Shown here: in pieces, positions 15,639 to 23,626 of the stretch
Layout: the number at the start of each line of letters is the position of its first letter
How positions within the stretch are numbered: position 1 is the first letter of the stretch
NCBI GenBank assembly: GCA_964010765.1
Contig: CAXGMD010000045.1
Coordinates: forward strand, 1-28,122
Reading direction: 5' to 3'
Source of the DNA: an uncultured bacterium
GTDB lineage: Bacteria; SAR324; NAC60-12
Length of the DNA: 28,122 nt
Position numbers and translations under genes: made by a program
Notes under the pieces: model-generated
What the model saw: the letters and a program-made list of their open reading frames with translations, nothing else
Told to the model about the DNA's origin: nothing
The model's database searches: none

Positions 15639-16916
15639 ATGATGAAGAAATGGTTGACGATTGCTGCGCTTGCCTTGGTTGGTTGGGCAGCCCCTGCGTC
15701 TGCTCAGGATGTTGATGTAGAATTGACCGGGTGGCCCTATCAAGTTGATGTGGTCCGGGAAAACCTTGAACGCTTCACCAGTCAGTCTGGTTTGAGTGCG
15801 ACTTTCAACCCCTTCCCCAGCAACGAGTACCACACCAAGATGGTTTCGAGCTTTGCCTCGGGAACCAACTTTGACATTGTCTATGTTCGCGATAGCTTCC
15901 TCGCAGAGTGGGCTGCTGCTGGCTGGATCGTACCCTTGACTGGCTTACCCGGTGTGGATGAGTACATGGCCGATCTCCCTCAGGGGATCATTGACCAGAT
16001 GTCCTTTGAAGGTGAAGTCTACGGACTACCCTACTACTCTGGAAACTCCGTGTTTGTCTACAACGATCGTTTGATGAAACAAGCCGGCATTAGTTCACCA
16101 CCCAAGACTTGGAACGAATTGATGCAGCAAGCCCAGACAATGAAAGACAAAGGGGTCCTGGCAAGTCCCATTGTGATTGGTCTCGCAGCGAACGAAAATT
16201 CAATTCTTCGAACACTGGAAATTGTCTCAGCCGGCTTTGGTGGTCGCTTCTTCAATGACAAGTTGGAACCTGTATTCCAGGAGCCCAACAGCGGTGTTCG
16301 CAAGGCGCTTGCCTGGATTGCTGATGGCATGAAGAGTGGGTTGATCAATCAGGCCTCCATGAGCCAAGGGGACGGTGAGATCGATCAGTTTGTCCGCTCC
16401 GGTACTGCAGCATTCAGTCTTGTTACTGACTACGAGATGAAGGTGCTCAACGACTCTGAGCAATCCAACGAAGCAGGCAACATCAAGAACGCCTTAGTCC
16501 CAGGCTCTGCTGATGCCACCAGCGGTACGATTGGTTATGTGCGCCTCTATTCCATCACGTCGGAAGCCGATAAGGAGCAGGCCTGGAAACTGGTTCAGTT
16601 CCTTGGAGGTAAGGATGCCACTGGAGTGTACTACGTGCCCAAGCGCTGGGCCTTGGAGTTTGGACTCGGCTTCTCCCCAGCTCCACTCTACAAGGACGAC
16701 GATGTCCGTAATTCAATCTCTGGCTGGATCAACCCAGACCTGCTCCAGGAGCAAGCCAAGTATGCGATCAACCGAGGTTATCGCTTCGTACCCTATTTCT
16801 CTGACTGGGAGATTGAAGCCTGGGCTGGTTTCCAGGAAATCATCAATGGTGGAGACGCCGACCCGATCCTTGAAGAATTGGCGGAGAATTGGAATGAGTT
16901 GCAGTCCGAGTACTGA
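15639..16916 (+). CDS. CUT1 (carbohydrate-type) ABC transporter substrate-binding protein
   Basis: Signal peptide (ASA|Q), GEVYGLPYY, VYNDRLMKQAGISSPPKTWNEL. Confidence 0.92.
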   Translation: MMKKWLTIAALALVGWAAPASAQDVDVELTGWPYQVDVVRENLERFTSQSGLSATFNPFPSNEYHTKMVSSFASGTNFDIVYVRDSFLAEWAAAGWIVPLTGLPGVDEYMADLPQGIIDQMSFEGEVYGLPYYSGNSVFVYNDRLMKQAGISSPPKTWNELMQQAQTMKDKGVLASPIVIGLAANENSILRTLEIVSAGFGGRFFNDKLEPVFQEPNSGVRKALAWIADGMKSGLINQASMSQGDGEIDQFVRSGTAAFSLVTDYEMKVLNDSEQSNEAGNIKNALVPGSADATSGTIGYVRLYSITSEADKEQAWKLVQFLGGKDATGVYYVPKRWALEFGLGFSPAPLYKDDDVRNSISGWINPDLLQEQAKYAINRGYRFVPYFSDWEIEAWAGFQEIINGGDADPILEELAENWNELQSEY

Positions 16917-16950
16917 TGCACTGCTGCTTCCATTGATCCTATAACAAGAG

Positions 16951-16975
16951 GAGGGCATTCGTTCAGAATGCCCTT
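16951..16975 (+). other. Intercistronic hairpin after the binding-protein gene
   Basis: GAGGGCATTC-GTTCA-GAATGCCCTT, followed by only a short T run. Confidence 0.6.
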
Positions 16976-16981
16976 TCTACA

Positions 16982-17875
16982 ATGACCAAGAATTCCTCCT
17001 CAGAAATCCCCCAAGGAAGACTGGCGCTGATCTTCAGTGCACCAGCTTTGCTAATCCTTGCGGTGACCGTCCTGGTTCCACTGGCTTACGCCATCTATCT
17101 CAGTTTTCATCGCTATAACCTCAAACGAGCCAAGCGACCTTTTGCGGGTTTTCGGAATTACGAAAAAATTCTGACAGATGATAAATTCTGGGATTCCCTG
17201 GCAACTAGTTTTATCTTTGCGGCGAGTGCCGTGGCAGTTATCACCGTCGTCGCTTTCTTCCTCGCCTTGCTTCTGAATCAGGATTATCCTGGAAGAGGGA
17301 TCCTTCGAGCACTGTTACTGATCCCCTGGGCGATACCTGATGTGGTCAATGCTCTTCTCTGGAAGTGGCTGTTGCATCCAGCTTTTGGAGTAATGAACGC
17401 TCTATTTCAAATGGGGGGCATCATCGATCAGTATGTTGCTTGGTTGACCACGATGCCCAGCGCAATGATCTGGGTGATCATTGCCTATTCCTGGAAGAAC
17501 ATCCCCCTGGCCACATTGCTTATTCTTGCAGGACTTCAAACGATCCCCAAAACACTGCATGAAGCCGCAGAATTGGAAGGTGCAAATGCCTGGAAGCGGA
17601 CCCAATACATCACACTGCCTTTACTTCGTCCAACACTCACCGTCGTGCTGATCTTTGAAACCATCTTTGCTCTAAAGGTATTCGACATCATTTATGTATT
17701 GACTTCAGGAGGCCCGGGCAAGTCCACCACTGTCCTCGGTTGGAGCATCTATATCAACACCTTCAAGAAGCTGGATTTCGGAACGGGCAGCGCGCTGGCC
17801 ATGATTCTGGGCTTGATCACCCTCTTCATCGCCATCGTCTTCTATGCCTTCCTGGACCGTGGGGAAAAACAGTGA
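16982..17875 (+). CDS. CUT1 ABC permease (MalF-like)
   Basis: FAGFRNY, LLLIPWAIP, EAA loop LHEAAELEGA, TSGGPG..T. Confidence 0.93.
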   Translation: MTKNSSSEIPQGRLALIFSAPALLILAVTVLVPLAYAIYLSFHRYNLKRAKRPFAGFRNYEKILTDDKFWDSLATSFIFAASAVAVITVVAFFLALLLNQDYPGRGILRALLLIPWAIPDVVNALLWKWLLHPAFGVMNALFQMGGIIDQYVAWLTTMPSAMIWVIIAYSWKNIPLATLLILAGLQTIPKTLHEAAELEGANAWKRTQYITLPLLRPTLTVVLIFETIFALKVFDIIYVLTSGGPGKSTTVLGWSIYINTFKKLDFGTGSALAMILGLITLFIAIVFYAFLDRGEKQ

Positions 17876-18762
17876 AGCGTAATAACCTCACTCGCTATAT
17901 TCTCCTTTATCTTGCGTCTGCGCTTTTCCTGCTGGTCTTTATCGGTCCTTTCGTCTGGCTCGTCAGCTCCAGCCTGCAACTCGAACGGCAGCTCGTCAAA
18001 GTTCCTCCTGTTTGGTTGCCCGATCCTGTTAGCCTGGCAAGCTACAAGGAGATCTTCATGGGGGCTTTTTTCGATGAAGCAGAGGTTTCCTCATACGGTG
18101 TTAGTTCTTCCTACCAGTCACGGATATATCTCGGCTCTTTCCTCAACAGTGGAATCATTGCCCTCAGTGTCTCTTTCTTCAGTGTGGTTTTTGGGGCCTA
18201 TGCCGCCTACCCCATCGCTCGCCTCAACTTCCGAGGTAGATATACTCTGCTTTTTTCGATCCTGGTCGTACGACTTATCCCTGCCCTCGCTCTGGCGATT
18301 CCCATTGTGCTCTTCGCCAAGAAAATGGGGATGAATGACAACCTGCTGACGCTGATCTTCATCAACATGTCTTTCGTCCTGCCGTATTCGATCTGGTTGC
18401 TGCAGGCCTACTTCAAAACCATTCCTACTGAATTGGAAGACGCAGCTCGAATGGATGGCTGCAACCGCTTCCAGGTAGCCAACAAGATCATCATTCCCTT
18501 GTCGATCCCCGGGATGACTACTGCAGGAATTCTTGCCTTTCTTTTGTCCTGGGGGGAATTCCTCTTTGCTCTACTGATTACAGAGACGGAACAGTCCTAC
18601 ACGAGTACCGTGGTCGCCGCCATGTTTGCCAATGACGTCGATGTCAACTACGTCACCATCATCGCAGCAGGGGTACTGGCCGTGATCCCCCCCGTAATTT
18701 TTGCTCTATTTTTCCAGAAGTACATCATCAGTGGCCTGCTCTCCGGAGCTGTTAAAAATTGA
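17872..18762 (+). CDS. CUT1 ABC permease (MalG-like), copy 1
   Basis: GTG 17872 overlaps the upstream TGA; ELEDAARMDGC, FLLSWGEFLFAL, FQKYIISGLLSGAVK. Confidence 0.93.
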   Translation: MKRNNLTRYILLYLASALFLLVFIGPFVWLVSSSLQLERQLVKVPPVWLPDPVSLASYKEIFMGAFFDEAEVSSYGVSSSYQSRIYLGSFLNSGIIALSVSFFSVVFGAYAAYPIARLNFRGRYTLLFSILVVRLIPALALAIPIVLFAKKMGMNDNLLTLIFINMSFVLPYSIWLLQAYFKTIPTELEDAARMDGCNRFQVANKIIIPLSIPGMTTAGILAFLLSWGEFLFALLITETEQSYTSTVVAAMFANDVDVNYVTIIAAGVLAVIPPVIFALFFQKYIISGLLSGAVKN

Positions 18763-18923
18763 AAAAACCACCTAGCAAAACGGCCACTGGCCAAGCTACC
18801 GATCTTAGTGTGTGCAGCGATGCTCGAACTGGCCCTTGACGTAAAGCAAGCACTCATCACTGGCCAAGTCCCAATCGCGGTCTACCAAGACAAGCTTGCT
18901 CAGTTGAAATTGGGAGAATCTAA

Positions 18924-19811
18924 GTGAAGAGCAATCGGATCATTCGCTACATACTCCTCTATTTTGCTTCTGCGCTGTTTCTGGCTGTCTTCGTCGGCCC
19001 CTTTCTCTGGATGATTGGTGCGAGCTTACAACTAGAAAGACAGTTGATGCAGGTTCCCGCTTCCTTGTGGCCTGATCCTGTGAGTTTTGCCAGCTACAAG
19101 GAAATCATTTATGGAGCCCTGTTCGATGAAGCCGTGATTTCAACCGAAGGGTATAGCTCCTCGTACCAAGCTCGCGTCTACCTCGGTTCCTTTGTAAACA
19201 GCGGAATCATTGCCCTCAGTGTCTCTTTCTTCAGTGTCGTTTTTGGGGCCTATGCCGCCTACCCCATCGCTCGCCTCAACTTCCGTGGTCGCTACACCCT
19301 GCTTTTTTCCATTCTGGTTGTCAGACTTGTGCCAGCCCTATCCCTGGCTATTCCAATTGTGCTCTTCGCCAAGAAAATGGGGATGAATGACAACTTGGTG
19401 ACTTTGATCTTCATCAACATGTCCTTCGTCCTGCCGTATTCGATTTGGTTGCTGCAGGCTTACTTCAAAACGATTCCCACTGAGTTGGAGGACGCTGCCA
19501 GAATGGACGGCTGTAACCGCTTCCAGGTAGCCAACAAGATCATCATCCCTCTCTCCATTCCAGGCCTAACGACAGCAGCCATCCTCGCCTTCTTGCTCTC
19601 CTGGGGGGAATTCCTCTTCGCTCTGCTGATCACCGAGACCGAGAAGTCCTACACCAGCACCGTGGTCGCTGGGATGTTCGCCACAGCTCTAGATGTCAGC
19701 TATGTCACCATCATCGCTGCTGGAGTACTTGCCGTAATCCCCCCTGTTGTCTTTGCTTTGTTCTTCCAGAAGTACATCATCAGTGGCTTGCTCTCTGGGG
19801 CTGTCAAGTGA
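18924..19811 (+). CDS. CUT1 ABC permease (MalG-like), copy 2
   Basis: SD GGGAG, GTG start; same motifs as copy 1 and colinear with it. Confidence 0.93.
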   Translation: MKSNRIIRYILLYFASALFLAVFVGPFLWMIGASLQLERQLMQVPASLWPDPVSFASYKEIIYGALFDEAVISTEGYSSSYQARVYLGSFVNSGIIALSVSFFSVVFGAYAAYPIARLNFRGRYTLLFSILVVRLVPALSLAIPIVLFAKKMGMNDNLVTLIFINMSFVLPYSIWLLQAYFKTIPTELEDAARMDGCNRFQVANKIIIPLSIPGLTTAAILAFLLSWGEFLFALLITETEKSYTSTVVAGMFATALDVSYVTIIAAGVLAVIPPVVFALFFQKYIISGLLSGAVK

Positions 19812-20247
19812 TGTGACCTGCCTTGACCCCCAGGTTCTATCCTAGGCCTAAAACCTCCCCGCTCCCTCATTCTTGTGCCTGCACGACTGGAAATCCTCCA
19901 GAAATTCATTTTTTCCGATAAATAAATTTTTTTTATTGTTTTTTGACTCTCTATTGAGGTCTCTCCCTCTTTCGTAGCCACTCCCCTTTTTTCATTTCTA
20001 CCTCCGATTTTTCCAAAAGTTCAATTATTTACATATATTACATCAATCTTTTGTTCTACATTCTGGGGTGTTCATGCCATGAATTGAAGACTGTCGAATG
20101 GGATTTCAGTACAAATGCCAGAATACTGTAACGTCTAATATAGGTTCTATTTTTGATTTTACAATAAATTTTCAATGATTATTAATTTTTATTATCAATA
20201 AAAACAATAATTTATTAATTTTCATCTATAAAAGATAAATTTTCTTA

Positions 20248-20277
20248 TTGACAGTTATTGCTATTTATTTGTAACAT
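20248..20277 (+). promoter_or_regulatory. Sigma70-like promoter for the large lipoprotein
   Basis: TTGACA-N18-TAACAT downstream of a very AT-rich tract. Confidence 0.55.
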
Positions 20278-20339
20278 TAAAGCAACACAAACATCGGCGC
20301 GGTTCACAAGTGCTATTCGCCACTCTCTAAAGAGGAAAC

Positions 20340-23273
20340 ATGAAAGCTCTTCTCATCATCTTCACAAGTCTGATGCTCTTCGGCTGTATCGAAGAAGGAA
20401 CCATCGTCTACGATCAAGACTACCCAGAAGCTCCTGAGAATATCGGGGGATCCGGCTCAGGAGCAGATCGAGCTCCAGGTGATGGTGCTGGAAGTGCCAG
20501 CGGAACCTCTGATGGCTCTGGATCAACCGGAGGCTCCTCAGATGGAAGTGGGGTAGATGGTGGAGCTACGAGTACCGGATCGGATGGCAGTACTACCGGT
20601 GGTGATGGTAGTGGTGATGGCTCTACTGGTGGTTCCACAGGCGGAAGCACAAGCGGTGGAACTGGCACAGATGGTGGTGATACCAGCACTGGTTCTTCTG
20701 ACGGATCCGGAAGCACAGGTGGTTCAACAGATGGTGGCTCAGGTTCCGGTGACACAGGTGGGGATACTGGAAGTAGCTCAACTGGTGGGGATACCAGCAC
20801 TGGTTCCGATGGTGGGGAAACAGGTAATGGTTCTTCTGACGGATCCGGAAGCACAGGTGGTTCAACAGATGGTGGCTCAGGTGACGGCTCAACGGGAGGC
20901 TCTGCAGACGGAAGCGGTAGTGATGGCTCTGGATCAACTGGAAGTACAGGTGGTACTGACGGGGGAACAACTGATGGTTCCGGTTCCGGATCAACCGGAG
21001 GTTCCTCAGGTGGTACAACTGACGGTGCCGGAAGCACAGGCGGTGGAACTGGCACAGATGGTGGAGACGGTGCTGGTACTGACGGTGGCGATAGCGGTAG
21101 TGGTACTGGTGATGGTTCAGGTACAGGCGGAGGTGATGGAGCAGGTGACGGTGGCGACGGCACGGACGGTGGCACCGAGCTTGATGCCCCGACTGTAACA
21201 CTTACTGCCAAAGAGCAGAAGATTGTTGTTACCTGGAGCCCAGTAGATAACGCAACGAGCTACAATCTAACTTGGGTTTCATCAGATGGAACTGAGAACA
21301 TTATTGACGTGTCCGCTCAGCAGGTAGCCGATGGTGCTAATCCAATCGTGTTTGCTCATGCTCCATTGGTAGCAGGACAGAACTATACCTACACTGTAAC
21401 GGCAGTGGCTGCTGATGGTACAGAAGCAGTCGGCACTCCACTTACTGAATCAGCACTGGCACTTGGTTGTACTCCTTCCACATACGAACCTGAAGGATTA
21501 GTTGCTTACTATTCCTTTGAAGGTGACTTGAGCGACTCTGCTGGCTCATATGACCTAACTCCAACCGGTGATTCGATTGCTTATTCAAATGGTTGTGTAA
21601 ATGGTAAAGCAGGTCACTTTGATGGTGATGGAGGTTACGCTTACAACTTGGACTTCAACGACGAGAATGTTGATGAAGTTGCTGACAACACTTGGAGCAT
21701 CAGTGTATGGGCAAACGCAGATGAGGACATGAATAAGTTTGCTTCAATTGTTTCAACTACTGACAGACAAGAAGATGATTGGGACAACGGTTTCCAGTTG
21801 GATGTAAACAGTGACAGAGAGCTACGCTGGTTCTTCAGCAAGACTGGTAATGATCCTAACCAACTGAACAGTCGTGTAAAGATGACATTGGGTGAGTGGT
21901 ATCATGTTACTGTTACATACGACAACGGTGTAGGACGATTGTATGTAAACGGCGTAGAGCGCAAGAATGCTACAGGCTTGGACTTGGGCTTCAACAGACT
22001 GAAGTTAGGTATTAACAGGTTTGGGCAAGAGCCATGGAAAGGTTTTGTAGATGAGTTGATGGTGTTTGGTGAGACACTGAGCGCTGATGAGGTTATGAGC
22101 ATTTACAACAACACACTACCAGGCACACCTCAGAACGCCACAGCTACTAACTGGGTTGGTGATACTGTAGTAGTTGGCTGGGAGGCTGTAGAAGGTATTA
22201 ATGAGTATAATGTTTACTACTCAACTGGTGGAACTGTTAATGAAAACTCACCATATATTACTGTAACAGGTGGAACTGTTGTTAACTTTGACAATCTTAC
22301 ACAAGGACAAGACTATACATATGCAGTAGCAGGTGTAAGTCCACTTGGTGTAGGCGAACTTTCAGTTCCTACTACAATTACTGTTGATGGTATGTTGTTA
22401 GCTGACGAGCCAGCTTTTGAGACAACTGTTGATAATACTATTAACGGCACTGCTCGTAAGGCTGAAGCAATTGAGTTCAGTCCTGATGGATCCAAAATGT
22501 ACTTGATTATTGCCACTTGGACTGGGGAAGGTAGTTTTGTACAATATGATTTAGCTACTACTTGGGATCCAAGAACAGCTACACGAACAGAACGATTCCA
22601 ATTCTGTAACGCTTCACTCAATTTTGGGAATACTTGTTTCACCAATAACCTCAAATTTATCGCTGATGGCAGAAAGTTGATTGGATTGAATGATGCCAGT
22701 TACAACGGTATTCAGAGTAGTATTAGAGTATGGGACTTGGATGTCGCATATGATATTAGTACTCTTAATTCAGAAGTAGATTATACTCTTGAAACTTATG
22801 ATAATACTAGAGTTACACATCCAGCTGCGTTTGCATTCAATCCAGAAGGCACAAGGATGATTGTTGGTGGATATACAAGAATGGGCGACATTGGAATTAG
22901 TCAAGAGTGGGAATTAGCTGGTTCATATGATTTCTCAACAATGACTAAACTTGCTGAAACAGACGGAAGGTACTTTCGTCAGGGTACTTCAGCAGACACT
23001 CATCAAGAAATTATTTGGAAGGCTGACGGAACTAAGTTCATTATACTACAAGACGAGGGCTCCGTTCGTACTTATAATGTGAGTGTACCATTTGAGCTTT
23101 CATCATCAGTTTATGGTACTGAATCAGCATTAACATTAGATAAGGAGGTAATTAAGTTTCCTTACCAAAGCGTAAGAGCAATTCATTTCAGTCCAGCACA
23201 AGACAGACTGTATTATGTTAAAGATGAAGCAGATGGTACTGTAACAATTGGTTCAATGCCATTCAGCTGGTAA
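20340..23273 (+). CDS. Large surface lipoprotein: Gly/Ser/Thr/Asp linker, FN3, LamG-like, FN3, beta-propeller-like C-terminus
   Basis: Lipobox LFGC (Cys16); about 245-aa G/S/T/D tract; VTWSPVDNATSYNL and YTYAVAGV (FN3); LVAYYSFEG..WYHVTVTYD..LYVNG..VDELMVF (LamG); FSPDGSKMY, FNPEGTRMI and WKADGTKFI blades. SD GAGGA. Confidence 0.9.
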   Translation: MKALLIIFTSLMLFGCIEEGTIVYDQDYPEAPENIGGSGSGADRAPGDGAGSASGTSDGSGSTGGSSDGSGVDGGATSTGSDGSTTGGDGSGDGSTGGSTGGSTSGGTGTDGGDTSTGSSDGSGSTGGSTDGGSGSGDTGGDTGSSSTGGDTSTGSDGGETGNGSSDGSGSTGGSTDGGSGDGSTGGSADGSGSDGSGSTGSTGGTDGGTTDGSGSGSTGGSSGGTTDGAGSTGGGTGTDGGDGAGTDGGDSGSGTGDGSGTGGGDGAGDGGDGTDGGTELDAPTVTLTAKEQKIVVTWSPVDNATSYNLTWVSSDGTENIIDVSAQQVADGANPIVFAHAPLVAGQNYTYTVTAVAADGTEAVGTPLTESALALGCTPSTYEPEGLVAYYSFEGDLSDSAGSYDLTPTGDSIAYSNGCVNGKAGHFDGDGGYAYNLDFNDENVDEVADNTWSISVWANADEDMNKFASIVSTTDRQEDDWDNGFQLDVNSDRELRWFFSKTGNDPNQLNSRVKMTLGEWYHVTVTYDNGVGRLYVNGVERKNATGLDLGFNRLKLGINRFGQEPWKGFVDELMVFGETLSADEVMSIYNNTLPGTPQNATATNWVGDTVVVGWEAVEGINEYNVYYSTGGTVNENSPYITVTGGTVVNFDNLTQGQDYTYAVAGVSPLGVGELSVPTTITVDGMLLADEPAFETTVDNTINGTARKAEAIEFSPDGSKMYLIIATWTGEGSFVQYDLATTWDPRTATRTERFQFCNASLNFGNTCFTNNLKFIADGRKLIGLNDASYNGIQSSIRVWDLDVAYDISTLNSEVDYTLETYDNTRVTHPAAFAFNPEGTRMIVGGYTRMGDIGISQEWELAGSYDFSTMTKLAETDGRYFRQGTSADTHQEIIWKADGTKFIILQDEGSVRTYNVSVPFELSSSVYGTESALTLDKEVIKFPYQSVRAIHFSPAQDRLYYVKDEADGTVTIGSMPFSW
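20690..20882 (+). repeat. Exact 55-bp in-frame direct repeat in the Gly-rich linker
   Basis: TGGTTCTTCTGACGGATCCGGAAGCACAGGTGGTTCAACAGATGGTGGCTCAGGT at 20690-20744 and 20828-20882 (138-bp offset). Confidence 0.9.
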
Positions 23274-23297
23274 TCCAACCTAATACTTAACATTAAC

Positions 23298-23329
23298 AGG
23301 GAAGCGTGAAATACCGCTTCCCTTTTTTT
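23298..23329 (+). terminator. Rho-independent terminator
   Basis: GGGAAGCG-TGAAATAC-CGCTTCCC followed by T7. Confidence 0.9.
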
Positions 23330-23448
23330 GTGTCCTCCGCTTGCTTCTAACATATCCTCTTCCGCTGCTCTCATTATAAAATTTCTTCCGCTGCGTTGCT
23401 TTTCACTGAAAATTCTCTACTGCGCTACTTTCTCCATCAATCAGGTCT

Positions 23449-23495
23449 TCGGCTTCTCCATCAGGGAGAAGGTGGCCGACAGGCCAGATGAGGGG
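23449..23495. repeat. Degenerate palindromic intergenic repeat (RIME/CIR/REP-like)
   Basis: CTTCTCC-ATCAG-GGAGAAG hairpin followed by GTGGCCGACAGGCCAGATGAGGGG, like the widespread GGGAGAAGGTGGCCG..GGATGAGGG element. One copy in the window. Confidence 0.55.
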
Positions 23496-23626
23496 CTTCG
23501 AAAGCCTTCCCATCAATGCATGATTTCTCTGGCTTCCTGCTCGCATTTGGTGTCAAACTCAAGCACATCATCATTGGATTGTTGATCGATCCTTGCGTTT
23601 TGCCTCCTCATGAAGTTTGAGAATTC

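Noticed and set aside
20296..20321. GGCG..CGCC hairpin in the lipoprotein 5' UTR as a fluoride or other riboswitch
   Set aside because: Short stem lacking the conserved aptamer nucleotides.
20420..21211. Pro-rich, His/Arg-rich and Val-rich ORFs (20420-21211, 20623-21201, 20557-21198)
   Set aside because: Shadow frames of the low-complexity Gly/Ser/Thr linker.
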